Positions 63,377 through 64,000 of a stretch of DNA of 64,000 nt are shown here, in pieces. The stretch comes from Azolla caroliniana (Eukaryota; Plantae; Polypodiophyta). The position numbers were made by a program, and so were the translations under genes. The stretch spans positions 15,624,001-15,688,000 of the forward strand of contig JBHGNT010000001.1 of assembly GCA_043228905.1 (NCBI GenBank), read 5' to 3'. Each line of letters opens with the position of its first letter. The first letter of the stretch is position 1. The notes beneath the pieces were generated by a model that made no database searches, was not told where the DNA came from, and worked only from the letters and a program-made list of their open reading frames with translations.

Positions 63377-64000
63377 ATACGTTGATAGGTTACGGGGAAC
63401 ATTCTCCTACGCATTACGCATAGACGCCCCATTCGTTGTTCCACAACTAGTTGGAGGTCTAGGTCAAAGGACTGACTGCAAACCGTGTTCCTAATCGGTA
63501 ACAATCGGTATTCAGCATACAATCGGAAGCTAACCGGGCTCACTCTAACTCAGCAAGATTTGGGAAGGCCGGCATAACGCACCTATCCAGAACCGGTTAC
63601 ATCCCCAAACTCTCCTTCTCAGATCACCAATTTTGCGAGCATTGCCAATACGGCAAATAGGTAGCCGCATCACACCCGACATCAGCACCAAGAGAATCGA
63701 GTCCCCTCGATTTGGTCCACTCGGACATCTGTGGCCCGATGCCACATTAGTCTCGCGGAGGTGCTTCATACTTCGTCAGTTTTATTGACGATTCGACTTG
63801 GAAGGTGTGGGCTTACCCCATTAGAACCAAAGATAAGGTGTTCTCAATCTTCTCCGAATGGCTTGCAATGGTCGAAAATGAGACCGGTTGGAAACTGAAA
63901 TGTCTCCGAACCGACAATGGAGGAGAATTCAAGTCAGAAGAATTCGTCAAATTTTGCCGGGAATGTGGCATTCGACGTGAATATATGGCACCCTATAGTC

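Larger units (their letters stand above)
47450..63503 (+). mobile_element. Gypsy family A copy A2, full length and decayed (non-chromovirus, Athila/Tat-like, extra 3' ORF)
   Basis: 5' LTR 47450-47886; 3' LTR 57784-58069 plus 63377-63503. TSD ATCGG. PBS TGGCACGCTTGGTG (tRNA-Arg-like) at 47891. Confidence 0.94.
46709..64000 (+). mobile_element. Copia D (300-bp 5' LTR 46709-47008, PBS 47011, leader; resumes at 63509 with integrase), runs off the window
   Basis: TG..CA LTR followed by TGGTATCAGAGC. CEHCQYGK..LVHSDICGP..RTDNGGEF lies at 63630-64000. Confidence 0.78.

Overview
Eukaryotic, plant-type heterochromatin (inferred non-seed plant such as a fern or lycophyte) made almost entirely of nested transposons. 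No rRNA, tRNA or CRISPR is seen. 1-~20879 looks like one end of a large DNA transposon. It encodes an uninterrupted two-exon, 861-aa Sola2-type DDD transposase (exons 14068-13319 and 5645-3810, minus strand). Facing it tail-to-tail is spliced cargo coding sequence with a RING-H2 exon, 13-aa repeats and an FCP1/NIF-like pseudo-phosphatase. The large introns of both genes are filled with arrays of the palindrome TAGCTAATTAGCTA, which recurs at the putative terminus. Two LTR elements sit inside this transposon: a Tat-like gypsy with an extra RNase H (6174-12896, in the transposase intron) and a very young intact copia (14793-20257, in an 83-bp minisatellite). The rest is LTR nesting. Gypsy A1 holds gypsy B, which holds gypsy C; B and C have 4-bp TSDs and a tRNA-Trp PBS. 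Copia debris follows, then copia D holds gypsy A2, which holds copia E. A2 also carries an LTR-less 1.5-kb patch apparently copied from copia E. All coordinates and differences were read by eye; family assignments rest on recalled motifs, not on searches.
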